The notes beneath the pieces are model-generated. The model did not search any database, was not told the DNA's origin, and saw only the letters and a program-made list of their open reading frames with translations. A stretch of 64,000 bases of DNA from an uncultured Acidobacteriota bacterium (GTDB lineage: Bacteria; Acidobacteriota; Vicinamibacteria; Fen-336): the NCBI GenBank assembly GCA_963720545.1, contig OY970399.1, positions 1,280,001 to 1,344,000 on the forward strand, read 5' to 3'. The translations under genes were made by a program, and so were the position numbers. Positions 48,175-60,110 of this stretch are shown one piece after another. How positions within the stretch are numbered: the first letter of the stretch is position 1; each line of letters opens with the position of its first letter.

Positions 48175-49679
48175 GGACGCATCGATCTTAGCCGCGCGGC
48201 TGCCGCGGAACGCGCGGCGACAAAAGCCGCGGCCAGCAGGTAGACGAGCAGGAACGCCTCGGTCTCGAGGGCGCCCGCGGTCGTCACCAGCACCGGCAGC
48301 ACGAGTGCGGCGAAGGCCAGGATGACGACCAGGCCGAATTCCAGGCGCGCCTCGCGTCCCGGCACGCCACGCAAGGCGCCGGCGCCGGCGAGTAGTATCA
48401 GCGGGAGCCACAGAAGCGGCACTGGCGCCTCCACCTCGTGGCGGCCGAACGCGAACAGGTCGCCGGTGGCGGTGAGGCCGTAGTACGTATCCATGGCGCC
48501 TTCCTGCGGATGGGTGCTGCGCGCGAAGCTGAGACCGCTGGCGCGCCGCGACGGCAGCAGCTTCCACTGAGTGACGGTGGCGGCCGCGCGCTTCGCGAGG
48601 ATCGTCGCGAACCACGCCGGGTCGGAACGGATCGACGCCAGCGTCTTCTCGCGAAACACCGGCTCCACGGCCTGGCCGCGCCACCAGATCGGCTGCCGCT
48701 CCGGCGTTTCGATGCCGGCTTCGGCCAACACGCGTTTCGCCTCGGTGTCGTGGAAGGTGTGGCCGTGGGTGCGGTCGAAATCGCCGAGCCCCTCCCAGAC
48801 GCCGAGCCACACCTCGTGGAAGCCCGGCGGCCGCACCGCAGCGTAGGGCAGCAGCAGGAGCGCGAGCAGCGCGGCGAGGAATACCAGGCGCCGCGGCCAA
48901 CTCGACGCAACGCGTTGGGCCAGCACCGCCGCCGCGAGCGCGGGGCCGACGATGGTCAGGAGAGCGCCGCTGCGGCTCAGCACGCACACCGCGAACAGGC
49001 ACCCGCCGAGAAACGCGCGCCACAAGGCGCCGCGCAGCGACGGCGCGGGGTTGAGGCAGGCGTAGGCGCCGAACGCCACGGTGATGAACAGGCTGGCGGT
49101 CGAGAAACCGGCCGGCGAATAGGCGAGCGAGAACAAGTCCACGAGGTGTGCCGAGAGCGCGCACGCGGCGAGGAACAGGCCGGCCGCGAGCGCCCGGCCC
49201 GCGAGCGACAGCTCGACCGCGACCCAGAAGAAGAGGAGCCCCGCGAACAACGGGCCGACCCACGTCACCATGAACGGCGACACGCCGCGGATCGCGAAGA
49301 AACCCGCGGCGGTCAGCCACGAGCGGCCGACGTCGTCGGAGTCGCGCGGCGTCACGATGTCGTCATGCGCGAGCGCAGCGCCGCGCACGGTGCGCAGGAA
49401 TTCCCAGGGCTTGATCTCCGCCTTGAGGGCGCTGCGCATGATGCGTGCGCGCAGGAAGCGGTAGAGCGCGGTGCCGTCGGGCGAATTGATCGGCCAGGCG
49501 CGCGCGTCGGAGTCGCCCGCGTAGATGCCGACCGCCCGCGCGGTGTCTTCCCAGTGCCGCCGCGGCAGGTTCTCGAGGTCGAGGCTGGCGCGGCGCGCCG
49601 CGGTGTTGGCGAGCAGCAGGAGCGCCGCCGAGAGGGCGACGAGCAGCGGACGGCCAAGCTTCGAGAGTGGGTGGCGCAG
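48171..49679 (-). CDS. Hypothetical multi-pass membrane protein (GT-C-like topology); start probably CTG at 49679
   Basis: Frame open from 49679 with an N-terminal TM (LLVALSAALLLLA). The first ATG is 80 codons downstream (49439). About 9-10 hydrophobic segments. Confidence 0.6.
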   Translation of the reverse strand: MRHPLSKLGRPLLVALSAALLLLANTAARRASLDLENLPRRHWEDTARAVGIYAGDSDARAWPINSPDGTALYRFLRARIMRSALKAEIKPWEFLRTVRGAALAHDDIVTPRDSDDVGRSWLTAAGFFAIRGVSPFMVTWVGPLFAGLLFFWVAVELSLAGRALAAGLFLAACALSAHLVDLFSLAYSPAGFSTASLFITVAFGAYACLNPAPSLRGALWRAFLGGCLFAVCVLSRSGALLTIVGPALAAAVLAQRVASSWPRRLVFLAALLALLLLPYAAVRPPGFHEVWLGVWEGLGDFDRTHGHTFHDTEAKRVLAEAGIETPERQPIWWRGQAVEPVFREKTLASIRSDPAWFATILAKRAAATVTQWKLLPSRRASGLSFARSTHPQEGAMDTYYGLTATGDLFAFGRHEVEAPVPLLWLPLILLAGAGALRGVPGREARLEFGLVVILAFAALVLPVLVTTAGALETEAFLLVYLLAAAFVAARSAAAARLRSMRP

Positions 49680-49683
49680 GTGC

Positions 49684-50346
49684 CTAGTCTACGACCCAGC
49701 CGTCGCGCAGCTTGATGATGCGGCTGCCGTAGGTCGCGTTCACTTCCGAGTGCGTCACCTGGATGATGGTGGTGCCCGCGTCGTTGAGCGTGCGGAACAG
49801 CTGCATGATCTCGCGGCCCTGGTCGGTGTGCAGGTTGCCGGTGGGCTCGTCGGCGAGGATCACCTTGGGGCTCGCCACTACGGCGCGCGCCACGCCCACG
49901 AGCTGCTGCTGGCCGCCCGAGAGCTGCGACGGGTAGAGGTCTTTCTTGCCGACGATCTGGAAGCGGTCGAGGACGTCGCCGACCACCGCCTGGCGTTCCG
50001 CCTTCTTGACGTCGCGGTACGAGAGCGGGATCTCGATGTTCTCGTACACCGTGAGGTCGTCGAGCAGGTGATAGCTCTGGAAGACGAAGCCGATGTTCTT
50101 CTTCTGGACTTCCTGCAGCTCCTTGCGCGGCAGGCCGCGCACGTTGCGGCCGAGGAACAGGTAGTCGCCCGTGAACGCGGTGTCGTGCATGCCGATGATG
50201 TGCAGCAGCGTCGACTTGCCCGCTCCCGAAGGGCCCATGATCGAGACGAACTCGCCCTCGCGGATCGTCAGGTCGATGCGCCGCAGCACGAACACCTTGC
50301 CGCCGGCCAGGTCGTACGACTTCTCGACGTTTTGCAGCTCTATCAA
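49684..50346 (-). CDS. ABC transporter ATP-binding protein (LolD/MacB type)
   Basis: Walker A GPSGAGKST, LSGGQQQ, ILADEPTGNL, VTH. Confidence 0.93.
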   Translation of the reverse strand: MIELQNVEKSYDLAGGKVFVLRRIDLTIREGEFVSIMGPSGAGKSTLLHIIGMHDTAFTGDYLFLGRNVRGLPRKELQEVQKKNIGFVFQSYHLLDDLTVYENIEIPLSYRDVKKAERQAVVGDVLDRFQIVGKKDLYPSQLSGGQQQLVGVARAVVASPKVILADEPTGNLHTDQGREIMQLFRTLNDAGTTIIQVTHSEVNATYGSRIIKLRDGWVVD

Positions 50347-50363
50347 TCTCGGCTCCTAACCCG

Positions 50364-52811
50364 CTACTCCCAGCGCAGGGCATGCGCCGGGTCGACGCTC
50401 GCGGCGCGGCGCGCCGGTATGTAGCTTGCCACGAGCGCGATGGCGAGCAGCAGTGCCGCCACCACCGCGAAGGTCACGGGGTCGGCGGCGGAGACGCCGA
50501 ACAGGAGGCTCGCGAGCAGCCGTCCCCAGCCGAAGGCGCCGGCGACGCCAAGCGCGATGCCGAGCGCCGCGAGCACCAGCGCGCGGCGCAGCACCAGCTG
50601 CAACACGTTCGGGCGCGAGGCGCCGAGGGCCATGCGCACGCCGATCTCGCGGGTGCGCTGCGCCACCAGGTAGGACAGCACTCCGTACAGCCCGAGCACC
50701 GAGAGCAGCATGGCGGTGGCTGCCGACACCGCCGCCAGCGTCGCGACCGCCGCGGCCGGGCGGCGCGCCTCCTCGAGGTTCCAGTCCATGGAGCGGAAGC
50801 GCCACATCGGCTGGTCGCGGTCGATCGACCACACCGCGTCGCGCACTGCTGCGGCCATCGCCAGCGGCGGGGTCTCGGTGCGCACCACCATGCCGGTGAA
50901 GATCTTCGCGTCCTGGGCATGCGCGGTATATGCCTGCGCGCGCCGCGGCGCAGTCAGGTCGCCGTGCTTGACGTCGCCGACCACGCCGACGACCGTCAGC
51001 CACGGGCCGTCCTTGCTGAACGCGATGCGCCGGCCGAGCGGATCGGCACCCGGCCAGCTGCGTTCGGCGAGCGTCTGGCTGACGATGACGGCCGGCAGCG
51101 CGGTGGTGGTATCGCTGCGGCTGAACTCGCGGCCCTTGAGCACTGGAATTTCCATCGTTGCGAAGTAACCGGGGCTCACGATGTTGGTTTCCGCGGTCTC
51201 TAGCTCGTTGACCGGACGCTCCGCCTGGCCCTCGACGCCGTAGGGACGCGTCGGCGCGCCGTTGCCGTCGTAGGGCACCGCGCGCGCCAGCGCCGCGCCG
51301 CGAACGCCGGGAAGTGCGGCGACTTTCTCGACCGCGGCGTCGAAGAAGCGCGCGATCTGCGCGGGCTCGGCATACTTCGCGGCGGGCAGCCGGAACTGCA
51401 AGGTCAGCACGTGATCGGCGCGGAAGCCCGGACTGACGTTGCGCAGGGCTTGCGCCGAGCGCAGCAGCAGTCCGGCGCCCACCAGCAGCGCCACGGAGAG
51501 CGCCAGCTCGCCGATGACCAGCGCCTCGCGCGTGCGCCGCGGCACCGTGCCTTCGGCGACGCTGCGCGAGCCGCTCTGGATGGCCCGCGCCAGCGAGCGC
51601 TTCGACAAGCGCAGCGCCGGGACGACACTCACCAGCAGTCCCGCGCAAACGGACACCGCGAGGCAGAAGGCGAGCACCGCGCGGTCGAGGCCGGGCGACG
51701 CGGCGACGCCGGTGGGAAAAGGCAGCATGGCGACGAGCGCACCGCGTCCCGCGTAAGCGACCAGGACGCCGAGCGTGCCGCCGCAGACTCCGTAGAGCAG
51801 GCCCTCCGTGACCTGCTGGCGCACCAGGCGCAGCGCCGAGGCGCCGAGCGCAGTGCGGGTCGCGAGCTCGCGGCCGCGCGCGGCCGTCTGTGTCAGCAAC
51901 AGGTTCGCGACGTTGACGCAGCAGATGAGCAGCACGCCGATGGCGGCGGCCAGCGACATCAGGAGCGCCGGGCGGGTGTCGCCGACCAGCTGTTCGCTGA
52001 GCGGCACCACGTGCGCGCGCCGGCCGGCCTGGGTGTCCGGATACGCCTTCTCGAGGCGCTCGGCCACCAGGTTGACGCTTTGCTGCGCTGCTGCCACGGT
52101 CACGCCCGGCGCCAGCTTGCCCACGACCAGCATCTCGCTCTGGCCGCGCTCCAGGCCGCGAGCGTTCGGAAACGCGGCGATCGGCAGCCACACCTCGGTG
52201 CCCATGAACCAGCCGTTGTAGGGCGCGCGACCCGGATCCATGTCCTGGTCGACGACGCCGATGATCGTGTACGGCGCGCCGTTGAAGTTCATCGCGCGGC
52301 CGACAACCGCGGGGTCGGAGGCGAACTGCGACACCCAGAGCGCGTGCGAGAGCAGCGCCACCGGCTTGCCGGTGCGCGGTTCCGCCTCCCCCGCCGCGAA
52401 CGAGCGGCCGAGCTGCATGCGCGCGCCGATCATCTCGAGGAAGTTCGAGGTGACGAAGGCGCCGGTGAAGCGCGCCGGCTCGCCGCTGCCGGTGTAGTTG
52501 ATGCTCTGTCCGCGCCAGATCGCCATGTCCGAGAAGCCGGAAGCACCCTGCTTCCAGTCTTCGTACTCGGGATAAGACGCGGCGTTGTCGTCGTCCTGCG
52601 GCGGCGTCCGCGCCCAGACGAGCGCCAGCCGCTCCGAATCCTTGTAAGGCAGCGGCCGCAGCAGCACGCTGTGCACCACGTTGAAGAGCGCGGTCGCGGC
52701 GCCGATGCCGAGCCCGAGGGTGGCGATGACGATGGCAGCGAAGAGCGGGGTCTTCGCCACGCGGCGCAGGGCGGTGCGCAGGTCGGTGAGCAGGATGTCG
52801 GGCGTATTCAT
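50364..52811 (-). CDS. ABC transporter permease, duplicated MacB/FtsX type (ADOP)
   Basis: 'TLGLGIGA', 'LLICCVNVANL', 'QRTREIGVRMALGA', 'DP..ALR.E'. Confidence 0.9.
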   Translation of the reverse strand: MNTPDILLTDLRTALRRVAKTPLFAAIVIATLGLGIGAATALFNVVHSVLLRPLPYKDSERLALVWARTPPQDDDNAASYPEYEDWKQGASGFSDMAIWRGQSINYTGSGEPARFTGAFVTSNFLEMIGARMQLGRSFAAGEAEPRTGKPVALLSHALWVSQFASDPAVVGRAMNFNGAPYTIIGVVDQDMDPGRAPYNGWFMGTEVWLPIAAFPNARGLERGQSEMLVVGKLAPGVTVAAAQQSVNLVAERLEKAYPDTQAGRRAHVVPLSEQLVGDTRPALLMSLAAAIGVLLICCVNVANLLLTQTAARGRELATRTALGASALRLVRQQVTEGLLYGVCGGTLGVLVAYAGRGALVAMLPFPTGVAASPGLDRAVLAFCLAVSVCAGLLVSVVPALRLSKRSLARAIQSGSRSVAEGTVPRRTREALVIGELALSVALLVGAGLLLRSAQALRNVSPGFRADHVLTLQFRLPAAKYAEPAQIARFFDAAVEKVAALPGVRGAALARAVPYDGNGAPTRPYGVEGQAERPVNELETAETNIVSPGYFATMEIPVLKGREFSRSDTTTALPAVIVSQTLAERSWPGADPLGRRIAFSKDGPWLTVVGVVGDVKHGDLTAPRRAQAYTAHAQDAKIFTGMVVRTETPPLAMAAAVRDAVWSIDRDQPMWRFRSMDWNLEEARRPAAAVATLAAVSAATAMLLSVLGLYGVLSYLVAQRTREIGVRMALGASRPNVLQLVLRRALVLAALGIALGVAGAFGWGRLLASLLFGVSAADPVTFAVVAALLLAIALVASYIPARRAASVDPAHALRWE

Positions 52812-52818
52812 GCGGGCC

Positions 52819-55218
52819 TCACTCGTGGCGAAGTGCGACGACGGGATCGGTGGCAGACGCGCGGTGCGCGGGCACGGCCAGTGCCGCAACCGCCACCAGC
52901 AAGGTCAGGGCGACGACACCGCTTAGCGCCGCCGGATCCCAGGGCGTGACGCCGAACAGCAGGTTGGCGATCAGGCGGGAGGCGGCGAGCGCGCAACACA
53001 AGCCGGCGGCAACTCCCGCGGCCACCAGTTTCATGCCGTCGCCGAGCACGAGGCGCGCCACCGCGCGGGCGTCGGCGCCAAGCGCCATGCGCACGCCGAT
53101 TTCCGGCAGGCGCTGCGTCACCATGTACGAGAGGACGCCGTAAAGGCCGATCGCCGCCATGCACGAGGCGAGCGCGGCGAAGGCGCCGATCAGCACCAGC
53201 AGCGTGCGGCGCGCCGAGAGCGAGGCGCTGACGCGCTCGGCCAGGCTCTCGACCGGAGCCACGGGAATCCTGGGATCGAGCTCCGCCACCGCTGCGCGCA
53301 CCAGCGCGTACACGTCCTGCTGGGAGCGCTGCGAACGCACCACTACGGTCATGAAGCTGTTCGGCACCTGCTCATGCGGCCAGTAGAGGGTGTTGCGCGC
53401 CGGCTTCGCCAGCGAGGCGAGCCGCACGTCGCCGACCACGCCCACGATCTCGGCGTCGATCTCCCGACCCCACTCCATGCCGATGTGCTTGCCGAGCGGA
53501 TCCTGGCCCGGCCAGAAAGCCTCGGCGAGCGCCTGGTTCACGATGACCACGTCGCGCGCCCCGCGCCGGTCGCTCGCGGTGAAATCGCGGCCGCGCAGGA
53601 GGGGGATGCCGTGCGCCGCGAACAGGTTGGGCGTGACGATGCGGACGTCGGCGCCCGGCTCCTCGCCCGCGCGCGGCGCCTCGCGGTCCATCGCCCGGAA
53701 GCTGGTGGCGGAGCCGGTGTCGAATGGCGCCCACGAGATGGCGCCCGCGGCCGTGACGCCGGGGCGCTTCTGCAGCGTTGCGACGAGCGCGGTGAAGAAC
53801 GCACTCTGTTTCTGTTCGTCGTCGATCGTGAGGTTGACCTGCGCCGTCTGCGCGTTCGCGGCCTCGTAGCCGGGGCTGGTGTCGGCGAGCCGCCAGAAGC
53901 TGCGCAACAGCAGGCCGGCCGCGGCCAGGCCCACGATCGAGAGCGCTATTTCACCCACCACCAGCGCGCCGCGCGCCGCCGTCTTGCCGCGGTTGCCGCC
54001 GCGCGCGCCGCGGCCTTCCTTCAGGGCCGTGGCCAGCGCCGGGCGCAACATGGTCAGCGCAGGCACCAGGCCCGCGGCGAGCGACGCCCCGAGCGCTATG
54101 GCGAGGGTGGCGCCGAGCGACGCGACGTTCATGCGCAGCGGCGCCGCGAGCACCAGCTCGGGCGGAAGCAGCGCACCCAGGAACTGCAGCGCCGCATAGC
54201 CGAGGACGATGCCGCAAAGAGCGCCGCAGGCGCCGAGCACCAAGGATTCGGCGAGCAGCTGACGCAGGAGCCGCGTGAACGAGGCGCCAAGCGCGGTGCG
54301 CAGTGCTATTTCCCGCTCGCGCGCCAGGGCGCGCGACAGCAGCAGGTTCGAGACGTTCGCGGCCGCCACCAGGAGGACCAGCGCCACCACGCCGAGCAGC
54401 GCCAGCACACCCGGCCGCGCCTCGCGCACCAGGTCCTGCTGCAGCGGAAAGACGCTGGCGCTCCAGCCGGTGTTGAACTCCGGCCGCTCGGTGACCAGTT
54501 GTGCCGCGAGCGCGCGCATTTCCTCGCGCGCCTGCATCGCGCTCGTGTCGGGACGCAGCCGGCCGACGACACGCAGCCAGCGTCCGCGGCCGTTGCGCAG
54601 GTTGGCTGTGACCTGGATCGGCTGGTAGATGTCGGTGCCCGCCACGAACGGCAGGTCGTTGCGCATCACCCCGACGATGCGCGCCTGTTTGCCGTTCACC
54701 TCGAGGGTGCGGCCGATGGCGCCAGGATCGGAGCCGAACCGCCGCTGCCAGTAGCCGGCGCCGATCAGCGCCACCTCGGCCGCGCCGTCCGCGCCGTCCT
54801 CGGCGACAAACCCGCGCCCGAGACGCGGCGCGACCCCGAGCACGTCGAAGAAGTTGGTGAACAGGAACGCAGCGGAGACGCGCTCCGGCTCGAAATCGCC
54901 CGCCACGTTGACGGCGAAGGTGTCGTCGCGGACGAAGCCGGTCATGTCGGTGAACGAGTGGTTGCGCTCGCGCCAGCGGATGAAGTTGTAGGGACCCGCG
55001 ACGTTGCGCTCGTTGCCGCTGCCGAGGTTGTGCTCCCAGATCATCGCGAGCCGCGAGGGTTCCTGGACCGGCAGCGGCCGCAACAGCACCGCCTCAACCA
55101 GGCTCACGACCGCCGCGACGCCGCCAATGCCGAGCGCCAGCGTGAGGATTGCCGCCGCCGCGAAGCCGGGGTTGTGGCGCAGCGCGCGCGCGCCGAGCGT
55201 CAGGTCCTGGAACATCAT
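52819..55218 (-). CDS. ABC transporter permease, duplicated MacB/FtsX type (ADOP)
   Basis: Start MMFQDL overlaps the upstream stop; 'LTLALGIGG', 'ANVSNLLL', 'EIGVRMALGA', 'DPVVALRHE'. Confidence 0.88.
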   Translation of the reverse strand: MMFQDLTLGARALRHNPGFAAAAILTLALGIGGVAAVVSLVEAVLLRPLPVQEPSRLAMIWEHNLGSGNERNVAGPYNFIRWRERNHSFTDMTGFVRDDTFAVNVAGDFEPERVSAAFLFTNFFDVLGVAPRLGRGFVAEDGADGAAEVALIGAGYWQRRFGSDPGAIGRTLEVNGKQARIVGVMRNDLPFVAGTDIYQPIQVTANLRNGRGRWLRVVGRLRPDTSAMQAREEMRALAAQLVTERPEFNTGWSASVFPLQQDLVREARPGVLALLGVVALVLLVAAANVSNLLLSRALAREREIALRTALGASFTRLLRQLLAESLVLGACGALCGIVLGYAALQFLGALLPPELVLAAPLRMNVASLGATLAIALGASLAAGLVPALTMLRPALATALKEGRGARGGNRGKTAARGALVVGEIALSIVGLAAAGLLLRSFWRLADTSPGYEAANAQTAQVNLTIDDEQKQSAFFTALVATLQKRPGVTAAGAISWAPFDTGSATSFRAMDREAPRAGEEPGADVRIVTPNLFAAHGIPLLRGRDFTASDRRGARDVVIVNQALAEAFWPGQDPLGKHIGMEWGREIDAEIVGVVGDVRLASLAKPARNTLYWPHEQVPNSFMTVVVRSQRSQQDVYALVRAAVAELDPRIPVAPVESLAERVSASLSARRTLLVLIGAFAALASCMAAIGLYGVLSYMVTQRLPEIGVRMALGADARAVARLVLGDGMKLVAAGVAAGLCCALAASRLIANLLFGVTPWDPAALSGVVALTLLVAVAALAVPAHRASATDPVVALRHE

Positions 55219-57620
55219 TCCTCCCGCAGCGCGTCCACCGGGTCGAGCCGGCCGGCGCGGATCGCCGGCACCACGCAGGCGATCACCGCCGATGCCAGCA
55301 TGGCGGCGCCCATCGCCGCGAGCGTCAGCGGGTCGTTCGGCTTGACGCCGTAGAGGAGCGAAGAGATGAAGCGCGCCAGCACCGCCGCCGCCGCGAGGCC
55401 GAGCACCACGCCGAGGCCGGCGAGGCGCAGGCCGTCGGCGACCACCAGCCGCCGCAGCGTCGGCGCCGTCGCGCCCATCGCCATGCGCAGTCCGAACTCG
55501 CGGGTGCGTCGGGCGACGCGATACGCGATGACGCCGTAGAGGCCGACGGCGGCCAGGATCCAGGTGACGACGGCAAAACCGCCGAACACCGACATCTGCA
55601 GCCGCTGCGACGCGAGCGCATCGCCGAGCACCGCGCCGAGCGGCATGACGGCGGAGACGGGTTGTTCGGGATCGACCGCATGCACCTCGCGGGTGACGGC
55701 ATCGGCGAGGCTCTGCGGCGTCACCGAGGTGCGCACCACCAGGTTTTTCGGCGTGAAGTAGAAGCCCGCGAACTGCGCCTGCGGGATGTACATCTCGGGC
55801 TTGGCCGCGATCGTCATGTCCGACTGGCGGATGTCGGGAACGATGCCCGCGACCTTGGCCCAGGTGCGCTTCGGGTCGCCGCCGGTGCCGGCGCGCACGC
55901 CGTGGCCGAGCGCCTCCTGGCCCTTCAGGTAGCGCGCCACGAAGCTCTCGTTGACGAGCACCACCGGTTCGCTGAGCGAGGTGTCGCCGTCTCGGAGGTC
56001 GCGGCCGCGCACCAGCGGGCTGCCGAGCGCTTCGAAGTAGCCGGGCGTCACCACCCGGATGCTCACGATGTTCTCGCTGCCGGGCAAGGGCGTCGGCTGG
56101 CCGTCGATCAGCACGGAGGTGTTGTCGCATCCGCATTCGAACGGCAGGTGGCTGGTGTAGCCGGCAGACTGGACGCCCGGCAATGCGCGCACGCGTTCGA
56201 GGATGCGGCGGAAGAACGCGGTGCGCTCCTCGAGCGGGGCATAGGCGGGGTTCGAGACCACCGTCTCGATGCTCAGCGCGTGCCCAGGCTCGAAGCCGAG
56301 GCGCAGCGCGAGCAGCGACGAGAGCGTGCGGGTGGTGAGCCCGGCCGCGACCAGCAGGCACAAGGACAACGCCACCTCGGCAACCACCAGGCTGTCCTGC
56401 AGGCGCCGGCGCGCGCCGACCACCGACCGGTTGCCTTCGCGCAGCGCGGCTGCGGTCTCGCCATCGCCGGTCGGCACCAGGGCCAGGACCACGAGCGCCA
56501 GCAGTGCGACCGCGACGGCCGCGCCGATGATGGGCCAGCCGACCGTCACCGACGCGGCATCCGTGACCGTCTTCGGCAGGAACGGCGTCACCGCCCGGAC
56601 GATGCCCGCGCCGAGCGCGATGCCGGCTCCCGCGCCGAGGCCGGTGACCACCGCGGCTTCTGCGAGCAACAGGCTGCGCAGGTTCGCGGCGCCGGCGCCG
56701 AGCGCGCGCCGCACCGCAAGCTCGTTGCGGCGGGTGGTGAGCCGCACCAGCAGCAGGTTGACGACGTTGGCGAGCGCCACCAGCAGCACGAAGCCGACCG
56801 CGCCGCAGAGCGCGACGAGCGCCGGACGCACGCTGCCCGTGAGGTGTTCGCGCAGCGGCATGACGTTGGCGCCGAGGTTCGCGTTCTCGTCGGGATGGTC
56901 CGCGGCGAGCTGTGCCGCGATCGTCTTGATCTCGGCGTCGGCCGCGGCGACAGTGGCACGCGGCGCGAGGCGCCCGACGACGATCAGGAAGTGGTTGTGT
57001 CGGTTGGCGCGTTCTTCCGGCGTCCAGGCGAACGGCGCCAGGATGTCGGTGGTGCGGTCGGGAAACGCGAACTCCGGCGGCAGCACGCCGACGATCTCGG
57101 TGGGGCGCAGGTCGAGGCGCACGACGCGGCCGATGACGTTGGGATCGCCGCCGAAGCGCGACTGCCAGAGGCGATGGCTGATCATCGCCACCCGGCCCGC
57201 CGAGTCCTGGTCTTCGCCGGGCAGGAACGCCCGGCCGAGCAGCGGACGGGTGCCGAGCACGCCCAGCAGGTCGGCGGTGCAGGACGCGGCCTTGATCAGC
57301 TCCGGCTGGCCCGCGCCGGTGAGCGAAAGGTTGCCGCCGGTGATCGCGGCCATCGACTGGAAGCTGCGGGCGCGCGCCTTCCAGTCGAAATAGTTGGCGA
57401 CCGCCGGCGTGTCGTGCGGGAAGCCGTACTTGCTCGCGTCTTCCCAGACGATCAGCAGCCGGTCGGGATCCTGGTAGGGCAGCGGGCGGACCAGCAGCGG
57501 ATACGCGACGCTGAAGACTGCAGTGGCGGCGGCGATCGCCAGCATCAGCGGCAGGACGGCGACCGCGAGGAAGCCGGGGCGGCGAAGCAAGGCGCGCACC
57601 GCGGTGGCGAAGGATCCCAT
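55215..57620 (-). CDS. ABC transporter permease, duplicated MacB/FtsX type (ADOP)
   Basis: 'LVRPLPY.DPDRL', 'ANVVNLLL', 'RTREFGLRMAMGA', 'DPVDALREE'. Confidence 0.88.
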   Translation of the reverse strand: MGSFATAVRALLRRPGFLAVAVLPLMLAIAAATAVFSVAYPLLVRPLPYQDPDRLLIVWEDASKYGFPHDTPAVANYFDWKARARSFQSMAAITGGNLSLTGAGQPELIKAASCTADLLGVLGTRPLLGRAFLPGEDQDSAGRVAMISHRLWQSRFGGDPNVIGRVVRLDLRPTEIVGVLPPEFAFPDRTTDILAPFAWTPEERANRHNHFLIVVGRLAPRATVAAADAEIKTIAAQLAADHPDENANLGANVMPLREHLTGSVRPALVALCGAVGFVLLVALANVVNLLLVRLTTRRNELAVRRALGAGAANLRSLLLAEAAVVTGLGAGAGIALGAGIVRAVTPFLPKTVTDAASVTVGWPIIGAAVAVALLALVVLALVPTGDGETAAALREGNRSVVGARRRLQDSLVVAEVALSLCLLVAAGLTTRTLSSLLALRLGFEPGHALSIETVVSNPAYAPLEERTAFFRRILERVRALPGVQSAGYTSHLPFECGCDNTSVLIDGQPTPLPGSENIVSIRVVTPGYFEALGSPLVRGRDLRDGDTSLSEPVVLVNESFVARYLKGQEALGHGVRAGTGGDPKRTWAKVAGIVPDIRQSDMTIAAKPEMYIPQAQFAGFYFTPKNLVVRTSVTPQSLADAVTREVHAVDPEQPVSAVMPLGAVLGDALASQRLQMSVFGGFAVVTWILAAVGLYGVIAYRVARRTREFGLRMAMGATAPTLRRLVVADGLRLAGLGVVLGLAAAAVLARFISSLLYGVKPNDPLTLAAMGAAMLASAVIACVVPAIRAGRLDPVDALREE

Positions 57621-57626
57621 CTCTGT

Positions 57627-60083
<2,457 letters not shown>

Positions 60084-60110
60084 GCGGACTCCTCCAAGGG
60101 TGTGCGCCGC

